From contig JBIJDH010000003.1 in assembly GCA_044344255.1 (NCBI GenBank), forward strand, positions 192,001-256,000: DNA of 64,000 nucleotides, written 5' to 3'. Made by a program: the position numbers and the translations under genes. Below, in pieces: positions 15,975 through 24,673 of this stretch (within the stretch, counting starts at the first letter, position 1; every line of letters starts with the position of its first letter). Below the pieces are notes generated by a model. The model was not told where the DNA came from. It ran no database searches and saw only the letters and a list, made by a program, of their open reading frames with translations. This DNA is from Myxococcota bacterium (GTDB taxonomy: Bacteria; Myxococcota_A; UBA796; UBA2385).

Positions 15975-16087
15975 CGTCCCTCCGGTCGGGGCGGCCCCTA
16001 TCCCGCCGAGCCAACCCGGCGGGCTCCGGCGGAGGCCCTGGGGGACCGATCGCGACCCGGGGCCCCGCGCTCCTTCCCTGTAAGAGA

Positions 16088-16116
16088 TTGACAGCCGGCC
16101 AGTCCGATCGGATCAT
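16088..16116 (+). promoter_or_regulatory. Putative sigma70-type promoter of rho
   Basis: TTGACA-17 nt-GATCAT, about 110 nt upstream of the rho ATG. Confidence 0.45.
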
Positions 16117-16225
16117 CACGCTCCCCGCTCTCGGTCGGCGCTTCGATCGGGACTCCGGTCGGGACACACGTCGCAAGTCGGCTGTGATCATCGATCGCCC
16201 TCCTCCCTCCCGCTCTCCGTGCCCA

Positions 16226-17440
16226 ATGCCCCTCGATCTCACTGATCTACGCGCTCGGCGCATCCCTGAACTCGTCGCATTGGCCCGCGACCAGGGCGTG
16301 GACAACGCCGCCGGGCTGAAGAAGCAGGAGCTGATCTTCGAGCTCATCCGTCGTCAGGCGGGCGCGGCCGGCGCGAACGGATCGGGGGTGCTCGAGACCC
16401 TCCCCGACGGCTTTGGTTTCTTGCGGTCCCCGGACTGCAATTACCTGCCTGGCCCTGACGACATCTACGTCTCCCCCTCGCAGATCCGGCGCTTCAACCT
16501 CCGGACGGGAGACCTCGTCCGCGGGGCGGTCCGAGCGCCCAAGGAAGGAGAGCGGTATTTCGCCTTGATCAAGATCGAGGCGATCAACGACCGATCACCC
16601 GACACCGAGCGCGAGAAGCTGCTCTTCGACAATTTTACATCGGTGCCGAGCGGGCGGCACCTCCAGCTCGCCGGCCCCGAATCGCCGGCCTCATTGCAGC
16701 TCCTCGATCGCCACGCCCCGATCGGCTTCGGCCACCGGGTCGCCCTCTTCGGCCCCTCGGCCTCGGGCCGGACCACTCTCCTGCGAGAGATGGCCGAGGG
16801 GGTCCTCGCCCAGCAACCGGGCGCGTACGTCATCGTGGTGCTGGTCGATGAGCGGCCGGAGGAGGTCACCGAGATGCAGCGCGTGCTGCGGGCCGAGGTG
16901 CTCTCCTCCACCTTCGACGAGCCGGCGACCCGCCACGTGCAGGTGGCGGACATGGCCCTCGAGCGGGCGAAGCGCATGGTGGAGCAGGGCCGCGACGTGG
17001 TGCTGTTCATCGACTCTCTCTCGCGCCTCGCGCGGGCCTACAACGCCACCGTGCCCCCCGGTGGCAAGATGTTGCACGGGGTGGTGGACGTGACGGCGAT
17101 CCACCGGGCGCGCCGGTACTTCGGCGCGGGGCGCTGTCTCGAGGAGGGGGGGAGCCTGACGGTGGTGGCTGCGGTCCTCACCGGAAGCGACTCCCCGGTC
17201 GATCAGGCCCTGATCGAGGAGCTTGAGGGCACCGCAAACGCCGAGCTGCGCCTCGACGCCTCGCTGGCCATGCGCGGCCTCTACCCCGCGTTTGACCTCC
17301 ACCGCTTCCGGGCCCGGCAGACGAGCCGCCTGGATCCGGCGGGGGAGGCCGAACGTCGGGCCCTCCGCGCCGAGCTCACGGGGGACGTGCTGCAGGATCA
17401 GCCGCTCGCCCTCCGACGCCTGGGCGGCGTCGCCAGCTGA
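16226..17440 (+). CDS. rho: Transcription termination factor Rho homolog with a divergent ATPase domain
   Basis: GVLETLPDGFGFLRS, DDIYVSPSQIRRFNLRTGD, DERPEEVTEM, DSLSRLARAYN; synteny with rpmE-prfA. Confidence 0.9.
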   Translation: MPLDLTDLRARRIPELVALARDQGVDNAAGLKKQELIFELIRRQAGAAGANGSGVLETLPDGFGFLRSPDCNYLPGPDDIYVSPSQIRRFNLRTGDLVRGAVRAPKEGERYFALIKIEAINDRSPDTEREKLLFDNFTSVPSGRHLQLAGPESPASLQLLDRHAPIGFGHRVALFGPSASGRTTLLREMAEGVLAQQPGAYVIVVLVDERPEEVTEMQRVLRAEVLSSTFDEPATRHVQVADMALERAKRMVEQGRDVVLFIDSLSRLARAYNATVPPGGKMLHGVVDVTAIHRARRYFGAGRCLEEGGSLTVVAAVLTGSDSPVDQALIEELEGTANAELRLDASLAMRGLYPAFDLHRFRARQTSRLDPAGEAERRALRAELTGDVLQDQPLALRRLGGVAS

Positions 17441-17541
17441 AGCCGGCGGGCCCCCGCGCCGCGCCGGCTTGACATCCGGCATCCGGTGGGCAAAGAGAGG
17501 GGCCCTGTCCGATTCAGAGCCTGCCTCAGGAGGCACCGATC

Positions 17542-17745
17542 ATGCGCGCCGAGATCCACCCCGCTTACAATGAATGCAATGTTTCCTGCGCCTGCGGGAA
17601 CAAGTTCACCACCCGCTCCACGGTCAACACGATCCGCGTTGAAATTTGCAACGCCTGCCACCCCTTCTTCACGGGCAAGCAGAAGATGATCGACACCGCC
17701 GGTCGCGTCGAGCGCTTCATGAAGAAGTACAAGATCGAGGCCTGA
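17542..17745 (+). CDS. rpmE: 50S ribosomal protein L31 (Zn-binding type)
   Basis: [22 protein letters not shown]...GRVERF; AGGAGG RBS. Confidence 0.97.
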   Translation: MRAEIHPAYNECNVSCACGNKFTTRSTVNTIRVEICNACHPFFTGKQKMIDTAGRVERFMKKYKIEA

Positions 17746-17782
17746 GGCGGCGGCGCGGGCCTGAGCGAGGGAGGAGGACGCC

Positions 17783-18838
17783 GTGTCCACGCAGCTTTCT
17801 CCGCCTCCTATCGCTGGGGCCCGCCCCTACATCGGTGGCCAGGCGGTCATCGAGGGCGTCATGATGCGCGCGCCGCGCGCGGTCGCGGTGGCGGCGCGTC
17901 GCCCGGACGGGCAGATCACGATCGTGAGCTGGCCCTACCGCCCAATCACCGACCGCATGCCCTTCCTCAAGCTCCCCGTGCTTCGTGGCGCGGTGATCAT
18001 GGTCGAGTCGCTGGTGGTCGGCATGAAGGCCTTGTCTTGGTCGGCCGAGCAGGCCGGCGAGGCGGAGGCCGCGCCCGTCGATCCGACGATCTCCGTCGAG
18101 GAGCAGAAGCGGAAGGAGAAGCTGGCGATCGCCGGTACGCTCGCTACTTCGATGGCCCTCGGTATGGCCTTCTTCGTGGCCCTGCCCCACCTGCTCACCG
18201 CCGGCCTCGGCAAGGTGACGGGCCTGCCGCTGAGCCCCGACGATCCGCTCTTCCACCTCGTGGATGGGCTCATCAAGGCCGCGCTCTTCCTCGGCTATTT
18301 GGGCGTGATCGGTCGGATGAAGGAGATCCAGCGGGTCTTCCAGTACCACGGCGCCGAGCACATGAGCATCTACGCCTGGGAGGCGGGGCTCGAGCTCAAC
18401 GTCGAGAACGTGCGTCGCTGGACCCGCTTCCACCCGCGCTGCGGCACGAGCTTCCTGCTCTTCGTGGTGCTGGCGTCGATCGCGGTCTTCACGCCGGTCT
18501 TCGCCCTATTGCCGCCGATCCCGGTGGAGAACACGGTGCTCAAGAACTTGATCCAGGTCCTGATCAAGATCCCGCTGATGATGCCGGTGGCGGGCCTCTC
18601 CTATGAGGCGATCCGCGCCTCGTCTCGCTTCTACCAGTTCGCCGTCTGTCGGTGGATGTCACAGCCTGGGCTCTGGATGCAGCGCCTCACCACCCGCGAG
18701 CCCGAGGACGCCCAGCTCGAGGTGGCGATCGCCAGCTTGAAGGCGGCCTGGGCCTGCCACGAGCTACAAGGGGTCGCCGACCTCGGTCTGGAGGGAGAGG
18801 CCTTCCGCACCGGCGCCGCTGCCGTCGCCGGTTCGTAG
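17783..18838 (+). CDS. DUF1385 family membrane protein
   Basis: IGGQAVIEGVMMR, FQYHGAEH, HPRCGTSF, QRLTTREP; usual position between rpmE and prfA. Confidence 0.88.
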   Translation: MSTQLSPPPIAGARPYIGGQAVIEGVMMRAPRAVAVAARRPDGQITIVSWPYRPITDRMPFLKLPVLRGAVIMVESLVVGMKALSWSAEQAGEAEAAPVDPTISVEEQKRKEKLAIAGTLATSMALGMAFFVALPHLLTAGLGKVTGLPLSPDDPLFHLVDGLIKAALFLGYLGVIGRMKEIQRVFQYHGAEHMSIYAWEAGLELNVENVRRWTRFHPRCGTSFLLFVVLASIAVFTPVFALLPPIPVENTVLKNLIQVLIKIPLMMPVAGLSYEAIRASSRFYQFAVCRWMSQPGLWMQRLTTREPEDAQLEVAIASLKAAWACHELQGVADLGLEGEAFRTGAAAVAGS

Positions 18839-18851
18839 AGAGGAGTCCCCG

Positions 18852-19949
18852 ATGTTCATGAACCTGAGCGAGGCCGAGGGCCGCTTGGAGTCGATCGACG
18901 CCTCCTTGATGGACCCCGCCGTCGCTGGCAACTCGACGCGCCTTCGGGAGCTCTCTACCGAGCGGGCCCGGCTGGTGCCTGTGGTCCAATGCTGGGCTGA
19001 CCTTGAGCGGGCCCGCGCTGAGCTGGTCGATGTCAAGCAGATGCTCGACGATCCAGAGCTCCGAGAGATGGCCAAGGACGATCTCGGGCGCCTCGAGGTG
19101 GAGATCCCCCGCCTGGAGACGGAGCTCCGCCGCTCCTTGGTGCCCCCCGACCCCTTCGAAGGGCGTGACATCATCCTGGAGGTCCGCGCCGGCACGGGCG
19201 GGGACGAGGCCGCGCTGTTCGCAGCGGATCTCTATCGGATGTACCATCGTTTTTGCGATGCGCACCGCTGGAAGCTGGAGCTCATCAGCCAGTCTGAGAT
19301 CCAGGTCGGCGGCGCCGCCGGGAAGTCGGCCTTGGGCTACCGCGAGGTGATCGTCCAGATCTCGGGGGCCGACAGCTACAAGCACCTCCGCCACGAGTCG
19401 GGCGTCCACCGCGTCCAGCGGGTGCCGCTCACCGAGGCCCAGGGGCGCATCCACACCTCCGCCGCCACGGTCGCGATCATGCCCGTGGCCGAGCTCATCG
19501 AGGTCGACATCCAGGACAAAGACCTCAAGGTCGAGGTGATGCGCGCGGGCGGGCCTGGCGGTCAGTCGGTGAACACCACCGACTCCGCAGTGCGCCTGAC
19601 GCACCTCCCCTCGGGCCTCGTCGTGCAGTGCCAAGATGAGAAATCTCAGACGAAGAACAAGGCGAAGGCGATGAAGGTGCTCGCCGCTCGCCTGCTCGAG
19701 CAGAAGCAGGCGGAGGCCGACGCTACCGCCCGCGACCAGCGGCGGGCCCAGGTGGGCTCGGGGGACCGCTCCGAGCGGATCCGCACCTACAACTTCCCGC
19801 AGAACCGGCTGACCGATCACCGCATCGGCCTCACGCTCTACCAGCTCGATCGCATCATCGAAGGGGAGCTCGACGAGGTGGTGACCGCCCTCAACGATCA
19901 TCTGATGGAGCAGCTCCTGAACGACCTGGGCGGCGGCCGGCCGGCTTGA
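18852..19949 (+). CDS. prfA: Peptide chain release factor 1
   Basis: GGQ motif, PLT (PxT) tripeptide, ESGVHRVQRVP, ERIRTYNFPQNRLTDHRI. Confidence 0.96.
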   Translation: MFMNLSEAEGRLESIDASLMDPAVAGNSTRLRELSTERARLVPVVQCWADLERARAELVDVKQMLDDPELREMAKDDLGRLEVEIPRLETELRRSLVPPDPFEGRDIILEVRAGTGGDEAALFAADLYRMYHRFCDAHRWKLELISQSEIQVGGAAGKSALGYREVIVQISGADSYKHLRHESGVHRVQRVPLTEAQGRIHTSAATVAIMPVAELIEVDIQDKDLKVEVMRAGGPGGQSVNTTDSAVRLTHLPSGLVVQCQDEKSQTKNKAKAMKVLAARLLEQKQAEADATARDQRRAQVGSGDRSERIRTYNFPQNRLTDHRIGLTLYQLDRIIEGELDEVVTALNDHLMEQLLNDLGGGRPA

Positions 19950-19971
19950 TCGGGCGGGCCTGCGTCGCCGA

Positions 19972-21024
19972 TCATCCGGCGAGGTGGCGGAGGATTCCGC
20001 GCATCAGCCCGGGGATCAGGGCCGCGCCCGGCACGATCAGGCCGCGGAGTCGCGGGCTGCGGGCGAGGGCGAGCAGGCCCCCCGTCATCCACCGGTAGCT
20101 GCGGGTGAGGCGCCACCAGTCGGCCTCGTAGCGCTCTGGGTCTCCGGCGTGGATCGCGGCGAGGGCGGCCCCGGCGGTGTCGAGGCCGAGGCGGATCCCC
20201 TCGCCGGTGATGGGGTCGAGGTAGCCGGCGGCGTCGCCCACGAGCAGCACGCGCCCCACCACGCGCTTGCGCAGCCGACGTTCGAAGGGGCCGGCCCCGC
20301 GGAGGGTGCTGGTGGGGTCGCGGAGGCGCTCTCGTAGCGCGGGGAGGCGCGTCAGCAGGTGATCGTAGCGGGCCTGGCCGGCGAGTCCGGCCCCCTCGCC
20401 GGCCTCGGTGAGCAGGGCGAGGCCGATCTCGGTCGGGGAGACCGGCGTGACGTAGGCCTCCACCCCGGGCGCCCACCACACCTCGACGAAGGGGGACCAG
20501 GGGGCCACGCCGAAGTGACGTCGCAGGCCGATGCGCGCCGCGCTCTGGCTCGGGAGCTCGAGGCCCAAGCGGCGACGGGTGGGGGAGGCGAGGCCGTCGG
20601 CGACGATGAGCCAGCGGGCGCGCAGCCCAGCGGCGCGCACCGCCTCGGCCCCCTGCTCGATGTCGGTGACCCTCCCCTCTATGAGCTCCACCCCGACGGC
20701 GAGGGCGCGTGATCGGAGCCGCTCGTGCAACACGAGGCGTCGGAGCCCGAGCCCCGCCTCGCCGCCGGGGAAGACGGCCTCCGCCGCCCAGCGGCCCTCG
20801 AGGTAGCGCACGCCCACGAAGGGCTGCCCGGCGGTGATCGAGACCCCGAGGGCCTCCAGCGACCGGAGGGCGGGGGGCATCAGGCCCTCGCCGCAGGCCT
20901 TGTCGAGCACGCCCGGACGGGGCTCGACCACCGCCACCCGCATCCCCCGCAGCGCGCCGCCGATCGCCGCCGCGAGGCCGGCGGGGCCGCCCCCGGCGAC
21001 GAGCAGGTCGAAGTCGGGGGCCAC
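19972..21024 (-). CDS. FAD-dependent monooxygenase/oxidoreductase (SrsC/FtpE-like)
   Basis: GGGPAG, DKACGEGLMP, ADG, VGDAAGYLDPITGEG. Confidence 0.85.
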   Translation of the reverse strand: MAPDFDLLVAGGGPAGLAAAIGGALRGMRVAVVEPRPGVLDKACGEGLMPPALRSLEALGVSITAGQPFVGVRYLEGRWAAEAVFPGGEAGLGLRRLVLHERLRSRALAVGVELIEGRVTDIEQGAEAVRAAGLRARWLIVADGLASPTRRRLGLELPSQSAARIGLRRHFGVAPWSPFVEVWWAPGVEAYVTPVSPTEIGLALLTEAGEGAGLAGQARYDHLLTRLPALRERLRDPTSTLRGAGPFERRLRKRVVGRVLLVGDAAGYLDPITGEGIRLGLDTAGAALAAIHAGDPERYEADWWRLTRSYRWMTGGLLALARSPRLRGLIVPGAALIPGLMRGILRHLAG

Positions 21025-22755
21025 TCAGGCCCTCCGCAGATAGCCGAGCGCGCTCTTCGCCAGCGTGCCGGCGAGGGTCCAGGCGTTGACGGCGTCGCCG
21101 GGCTGCAGCTCCCCCCGCTCCCAGCGCCGCAGGGCCTCACCGCGCCGGATCTTGCCCGACGAGGTGCGAGGCAGGCTGCCCGGCTCGAGGACCACCACCA
21201 GGGCGGGATCGAGGCCGGTGGCGCGGAGCACCTCGGCGCGGCAGTCCTGCGCGAGGCCCTCGCGCGGCGCGCGGGCCTCTACGAAGACGAGGAGCTGCTC
21301 TCCAGCCTCGCCCCGTTGACCGACGGCGGCGGCGCAGCCGGTGCGAACACCCGCGACCGCGTCGAGCGCCCGCTCGATGTCTTGGGGGGCGTGGTTCTGG
21401 CCGCGCAGCACGATGACGTCCTTGGCGCGGCCGGTGACGGTGAGCGCGCCCTGGTCGAGGAAGCCGAGGTCACCGGTGTCCAGCCAGCCGTCGAGGATGG
21501 GCTGCAGGTCGCGGCCGATGTAGCCCCGCATGAGGGAGGGGCCGGAGACGAAGATCCGCCCCACCCGCTCGTCCTCCAGGGGTCGGCCCGAGCCGTCCCG
21601 CACCTCGACGGCGTAGCCGGGGAGCGCGCGCCCGACGCTGACGAGCTCCGTGGCGGCCTCGCCGTCGGCGTCCACGGCGTGCCCTTGGGCGAGGGCCTCA
21701 CGGTCCAGGCGGCGGCTCTGCCATCGTGTCCCTGGCGTGGAGAAGGTGGCGGCGAGGGCCACCTCGGAGAGGCCGTAGACCGGCAGCAGCGCTCGCTCGT
21801 CGAAGCCGTAAGCGGCGAAGCGGGCGGCGAAGGCGCGGAGCGTGCGGGCCGAGATGGGCTCGGCGCCATCGAGGGCGAGCCGCCAGGCTCGGAGGTCCAC
21901 CCCCACGAGCTCGGCGTCGGTGATCCGCTCGACACACAGCGCGTACGCGAAGTCGGGGGCCACGGTGGCGGTGCCCTGGTACCGCGAGAGGGCGCGGATC
22001 CAGAGGGCCGGGCGGGCCAGGAAGACCTCGGGGGGGATGAGGGTGAGCGGGCCCGGTCGGTGCAACGCCGGGAACAGGCAGCCGATCAGCCCCATGTCGT
22101 GGTAGAGCGGCAGCCAGCTCACGCCGGCGTGCCGAGGCTCGTCCTCCTCAGGCATGAGGTCGAGGATGCGGAGCAAGTTCGCCAGGATCTGGGCGTGGGT
22201 GAGGCCGACCGGCTTGGGGTCGACCGTGGTGCCGGAGGAGAATTGGATGAGGGCGAGCTCGTCGGGCTCGGCCGGGTGGGCCGGACCCGGCGCGCCGCGG
22301 GCGAGGTCCTCGGCGGAGATCACCCCCAGGCGGAGGTGATGGCGGCCTACGACCGAGCCGAAGACCTTGCGGACGCGGCTGTCCACGACCACCGCGGGGG
22401 CGTCGACTGCGGCCAACATGGCGGCGGTCTTCTCGATGTACTCGGCCATCCGACCGAGGCGGACCGGCGGATAGAGGGGGACCGGGGTGGCTCCGGCGAG
22501 GAGCGATCCGAAGAAGGCGTCCATGAAGAGGGGGGAGGTGGGGGTGACGATCGCGACCCGATCCCCGGCCCGGATCCCCCGCTCGCGGAGGGTGCCGGCG
22601 GCGGCGAGGGCCCGGCGCTCGATCTCCGACCAGTCAAACCACTGGGCCTGCTCTTGGGAGTCGAGGAAGCGGAGGCCATCCAGCCCGGGGCGACCCACCT
22701 GCGCCGCCCGGCGGAGGCAGGCCTGGAGGGTCTTCGGATCAGCCGCGAGCGGCAC
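21025..22755 (-). CDS. Fatty acyl-AMP ligase (FtpD-like)
   Basis: QFSSGTT, SWLPLYHDMGLIG, GAEPI, YGLSE, WLDTGDLG, GRAKD, PRTSSGK. Confidence 0.9.
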   Translation of the reverse strand: MPLAADPKTLQACLRRAAQVGRPGLDGLRFLDSQEQAQWFDWSEIERRALAAAGTLRERGIRAGDRVAIVTPTSPLFMDAFFGSLLAGATPVPLYPPVRLGRMAEYIEKTAAMLAAVDAPAVVVDSRVRKVFGSVVGRHHLRLGVISAEDLARGAPGPAHPAEPDELALIQFSSGTTVDPKPVGLTHAQILANLLRILDLMPEEDEPRHAGVSWLPLYHDMGLIGCLFPALHRPGPLTLIPPEVFLARPALWIRALSRYQGTATVAPDFAYALCVERITDAELVGVDLRAWRLALDGAEPISARTLRAFAARFAAYGFDERALLPVYGLSEVALAATFSTPGTRWQSRRLDREALAQGHAVDADGEAATELVSVGRALPGYAVEVRDGSGRPLEDERVGRIFVSGPSLMRGYIGRDLQPILDGWLDTGDLGFLDQGALTVTGRAKDVIVLRGQNHAPQDIERALDAVAGVRTGCAAAVGQRGEAGEQLLVFVEARAPREGLAQDCRAEVLRATGLDPALVVVLEPGSLPRTSSGKIRRGEALRRWERGELQPGDAVNAWTLAGTLAKSALGYLRRA

Positions 22756-23011
22756 GGCTGTGCTCCTGGACGATGGTGATCAGATCGGCGAGGGTGCGCG
22801 CTCGCTCGTCATCTTCGGGGCTGAAGCAGACCCGGAACCGATCCTCGATCGCCACCACGAGGCCCATCCGCTGAATGGAGTCCAGCCGCGCGGCGAGCTC
22901 GTCGTCCTCGGGGGGGGCGGCGAGGCCGAGCTGGGCGCTGACGATCCGGCGCACCTCGTCGGCGATATCGTCGTCCGAGAGCGGCGAGGAGGGGGGCAGG
23001 GGCTCGGTCAT
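22739..23011 (-). CDS. Acyl carrier protein
   Basis: LDSIQRMGLVVAIEDRF phosphopantetheine Ser motif; acidic, 90 aa. Confidence 0.85.
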   Translation of the reverse strand: MTEPLPPSSPLSDDDIADEVRRIVSAQLGLAAPPEDDELAARLDSIQRMGLVVAIEDRFRVCFSPEDDERARTLADLITIVQEHSRAARG

Positions 23012-23586
23012 GGTCTGGCCTGAGTGGGGGTCGGTGCGGCGCGAGGCGGGGCGGGCAGCGTCGCCAGGGCCTCGTCCTCACAGCGGATGCGGGCGCGGAG
23101 CAGGAGCGCGTTCAACGTCGAGAAGGCCAGAGCGGTCAGCCAGGCCCCGTGCAGCAGCGGCAGGGCCAGTCCTTCTACGACGACCGCGATGTAATTCGGG
23201 TGTGTGAACCATCGGTATGGTCCGGTGGTCACCGGCGCGAGCCCCGGGACGATGATGACGCGGGTGTTCCAGCGGGGCCCAAGGCTGGTGATGCACCACC
23301 AGCGGAGCGCCTGAGCGAGGACCGCGATGAGCAGCATGCTCCCCGCGAGGAGGGGGCTCGTGTGCCGGTCGAGCAGCCAGACCTCCACCGGCGCGCCGAG
23401 GAGCAGGGCCGTGTGCAGCAGCACCATCACCGGGTAGTGGCCGCGGCCGTGCTCCACCCCTCCGCGCGCGAAGCTCCAGGCCGCGTTCCTCCGCGCGAAG
23501 ACGAGCTCCAGGAGGCGCTCCGCGGCGATCAGCGCCAGGAAGCCAAGGTAGAGCGGGAGGGAGGAGGCGGGCTCGGTGAGGGACAC
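23008..23586 (-). CDS. Isoprenylcysteine carboxyl methyltransferase family protein (SrsB/BpsB-like)
   Basis: GGVEHGRGHYP, LGPRWNTR, GPYRWFTHPNY, RIRCEDEAL. Confidence 0.88.
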   Translation of the reverse strand: MSLTEPASSLPLYLGFLALIAAERLLELVFARRNAAWSFARGGVEHGRGHYPVMVLLHTALLLGAPVEVWLLDRHTSPLLAGSMLLIAVLAQALRWWCITSLGPRWNTRVIIVPGLAPVTTGPYRWFTHPNYIAVVVEGLALPLLHGAWLTALAFSTLNALLLRARIRCEDEALATLPAPPRAAPTPTQARP

Positions 23587-23590
23587 GGCT

Positions 23591-24643
23591 CTACCAGCGC
23601 AGCAGGACGAGCTCGGAGCAGAAGCCCGGCCCCATCGCCAGCATCAGCCCGTAGGAGCCGGAGGGTGGCCTCCGCTCGATGAGGGTGTCACGCAGCACGT
23701 GGAGGACCGAGGCGCTGCTCAGGTTGCCGACGGCCTCTAGGGAGCGCCAGGTGAGGGCCAGGGCGTCCGGGGGGAGGCGGAGGCAGCGCTCGAAGGCCTC
23801 CAGCACCTTGGGGCCGCCCGGGTGACAGACCCAGGAGGCGATGTCGGCGCGGCTCAGGCCCTGTCGGGCGAGGAAGCCGTCGACGTCGGAGACGACGTGG
23901 CGGTCGACCATGTCGGGCACCTCGGCGGAGAGCACGATGCGGAAGCCGCCCTCGCCGACATCCCAGCCCATGACTCGCTCGGTGTCGGGGTAGAAGCGGC
24001 TCTCCGTCGCGATCACCTCCGGGCCGGGGTGGGGGCCGGCGCTCGGCCGCCCGGAGGCGACGACGGCGGCGGCGCCGTCTCCGAAGAGGCCGCTGGCGAT
24101 GAGGTTGGGGATGCTGAGGTCGGCCCGCTGCAGGGTGAGCGAGCAGAGCTCTACCGAGAGCAGCACCGCGACATGGTCGGGCCAGCCGCGGAGGTAGTCG
24201 GCCAACCGCGAGATGCCCGCGGCCCCCGCCACGCAGCCGAGCCCAAACATCGGCACGCGCTTGATGTTGTCGCGCAGGCCGAGGCGGTTGCAGAGGCGGG
24301 CGTCGATGGAGGGAGCGGCGACGCCGGTGACGGTGGTGAAGTAGATCGCGTCCAGGTCGCGAGGGCGCAGCCCCGCCTCTTCGAGGGCCCGAGAGACGGC
24401 CTCGGCGCCGATGTCGGTGCCCACGCGGATGAACGCGTCATTGGCCGCCCCGAAATTCAGGCTCGGGTAGTCTTCCATCGGGAGGGCGAGGTTGCGGCCG
24501 CCCACCCGCACCGCGCGGTGCAATTGTTCGACTCTCCGCGAATTGTGGTGGACCTTCGACCAGTTTTCGAGGAAGGCGGCGATGAGCGCGTCTTGTTCGT
24601 ACCGGTGAGGTGCGGGAGCGGTCGCGACGGCGTGGATGAACAT
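23591..24643 (-). CDS. Type III polyketide synthase (SrsA/FtpA-like)
   Basis: Catalytic triad GLGCVAG / CHPGGPKV / GNLSSAS; VELCSL, LFGDGAAA, AMGPGF. Confidence 0.93.
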   Translation of the reverse strand: MFIHAVATAPAPHRYEQDALIAAFLENWSKVHHNSRRVEQLHRAVRVGGRNLALPMEDYPSLNFGAANDAFIRVGTDIGAEAVSRALEEAGLRPRDLDAIYFTTVTGVAAPSIDARLCNRLGLRDNIKRVPMFGLGCVAGAAGISRLADYLRGWPDHVAVLLSVELCSLTLQRADLSIPNLIASGLFGDGAAAVVASGRPSAGPHPGPEVIATESRFYPDTERVMGWDVGEGGFRIVLSAEVPDMVDRHVVSDVDGFLARQGLSRADIASWVCHPGGPKVLEAFERCLRLPPDALALTWRSLEAVGNLSSASVLHVLRDTLIERRPPSGSYGLMLAMGPGFCSELVLLRW

Positions 24644-24673
24644 CGCGGCACCCTATCCCGGCCGACCGGTCGG

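Noticed and set aside
17469..17500. TTGACA upstream of rpmE
   Set aside because: No convincing -10 element at 16-18 nt spacing
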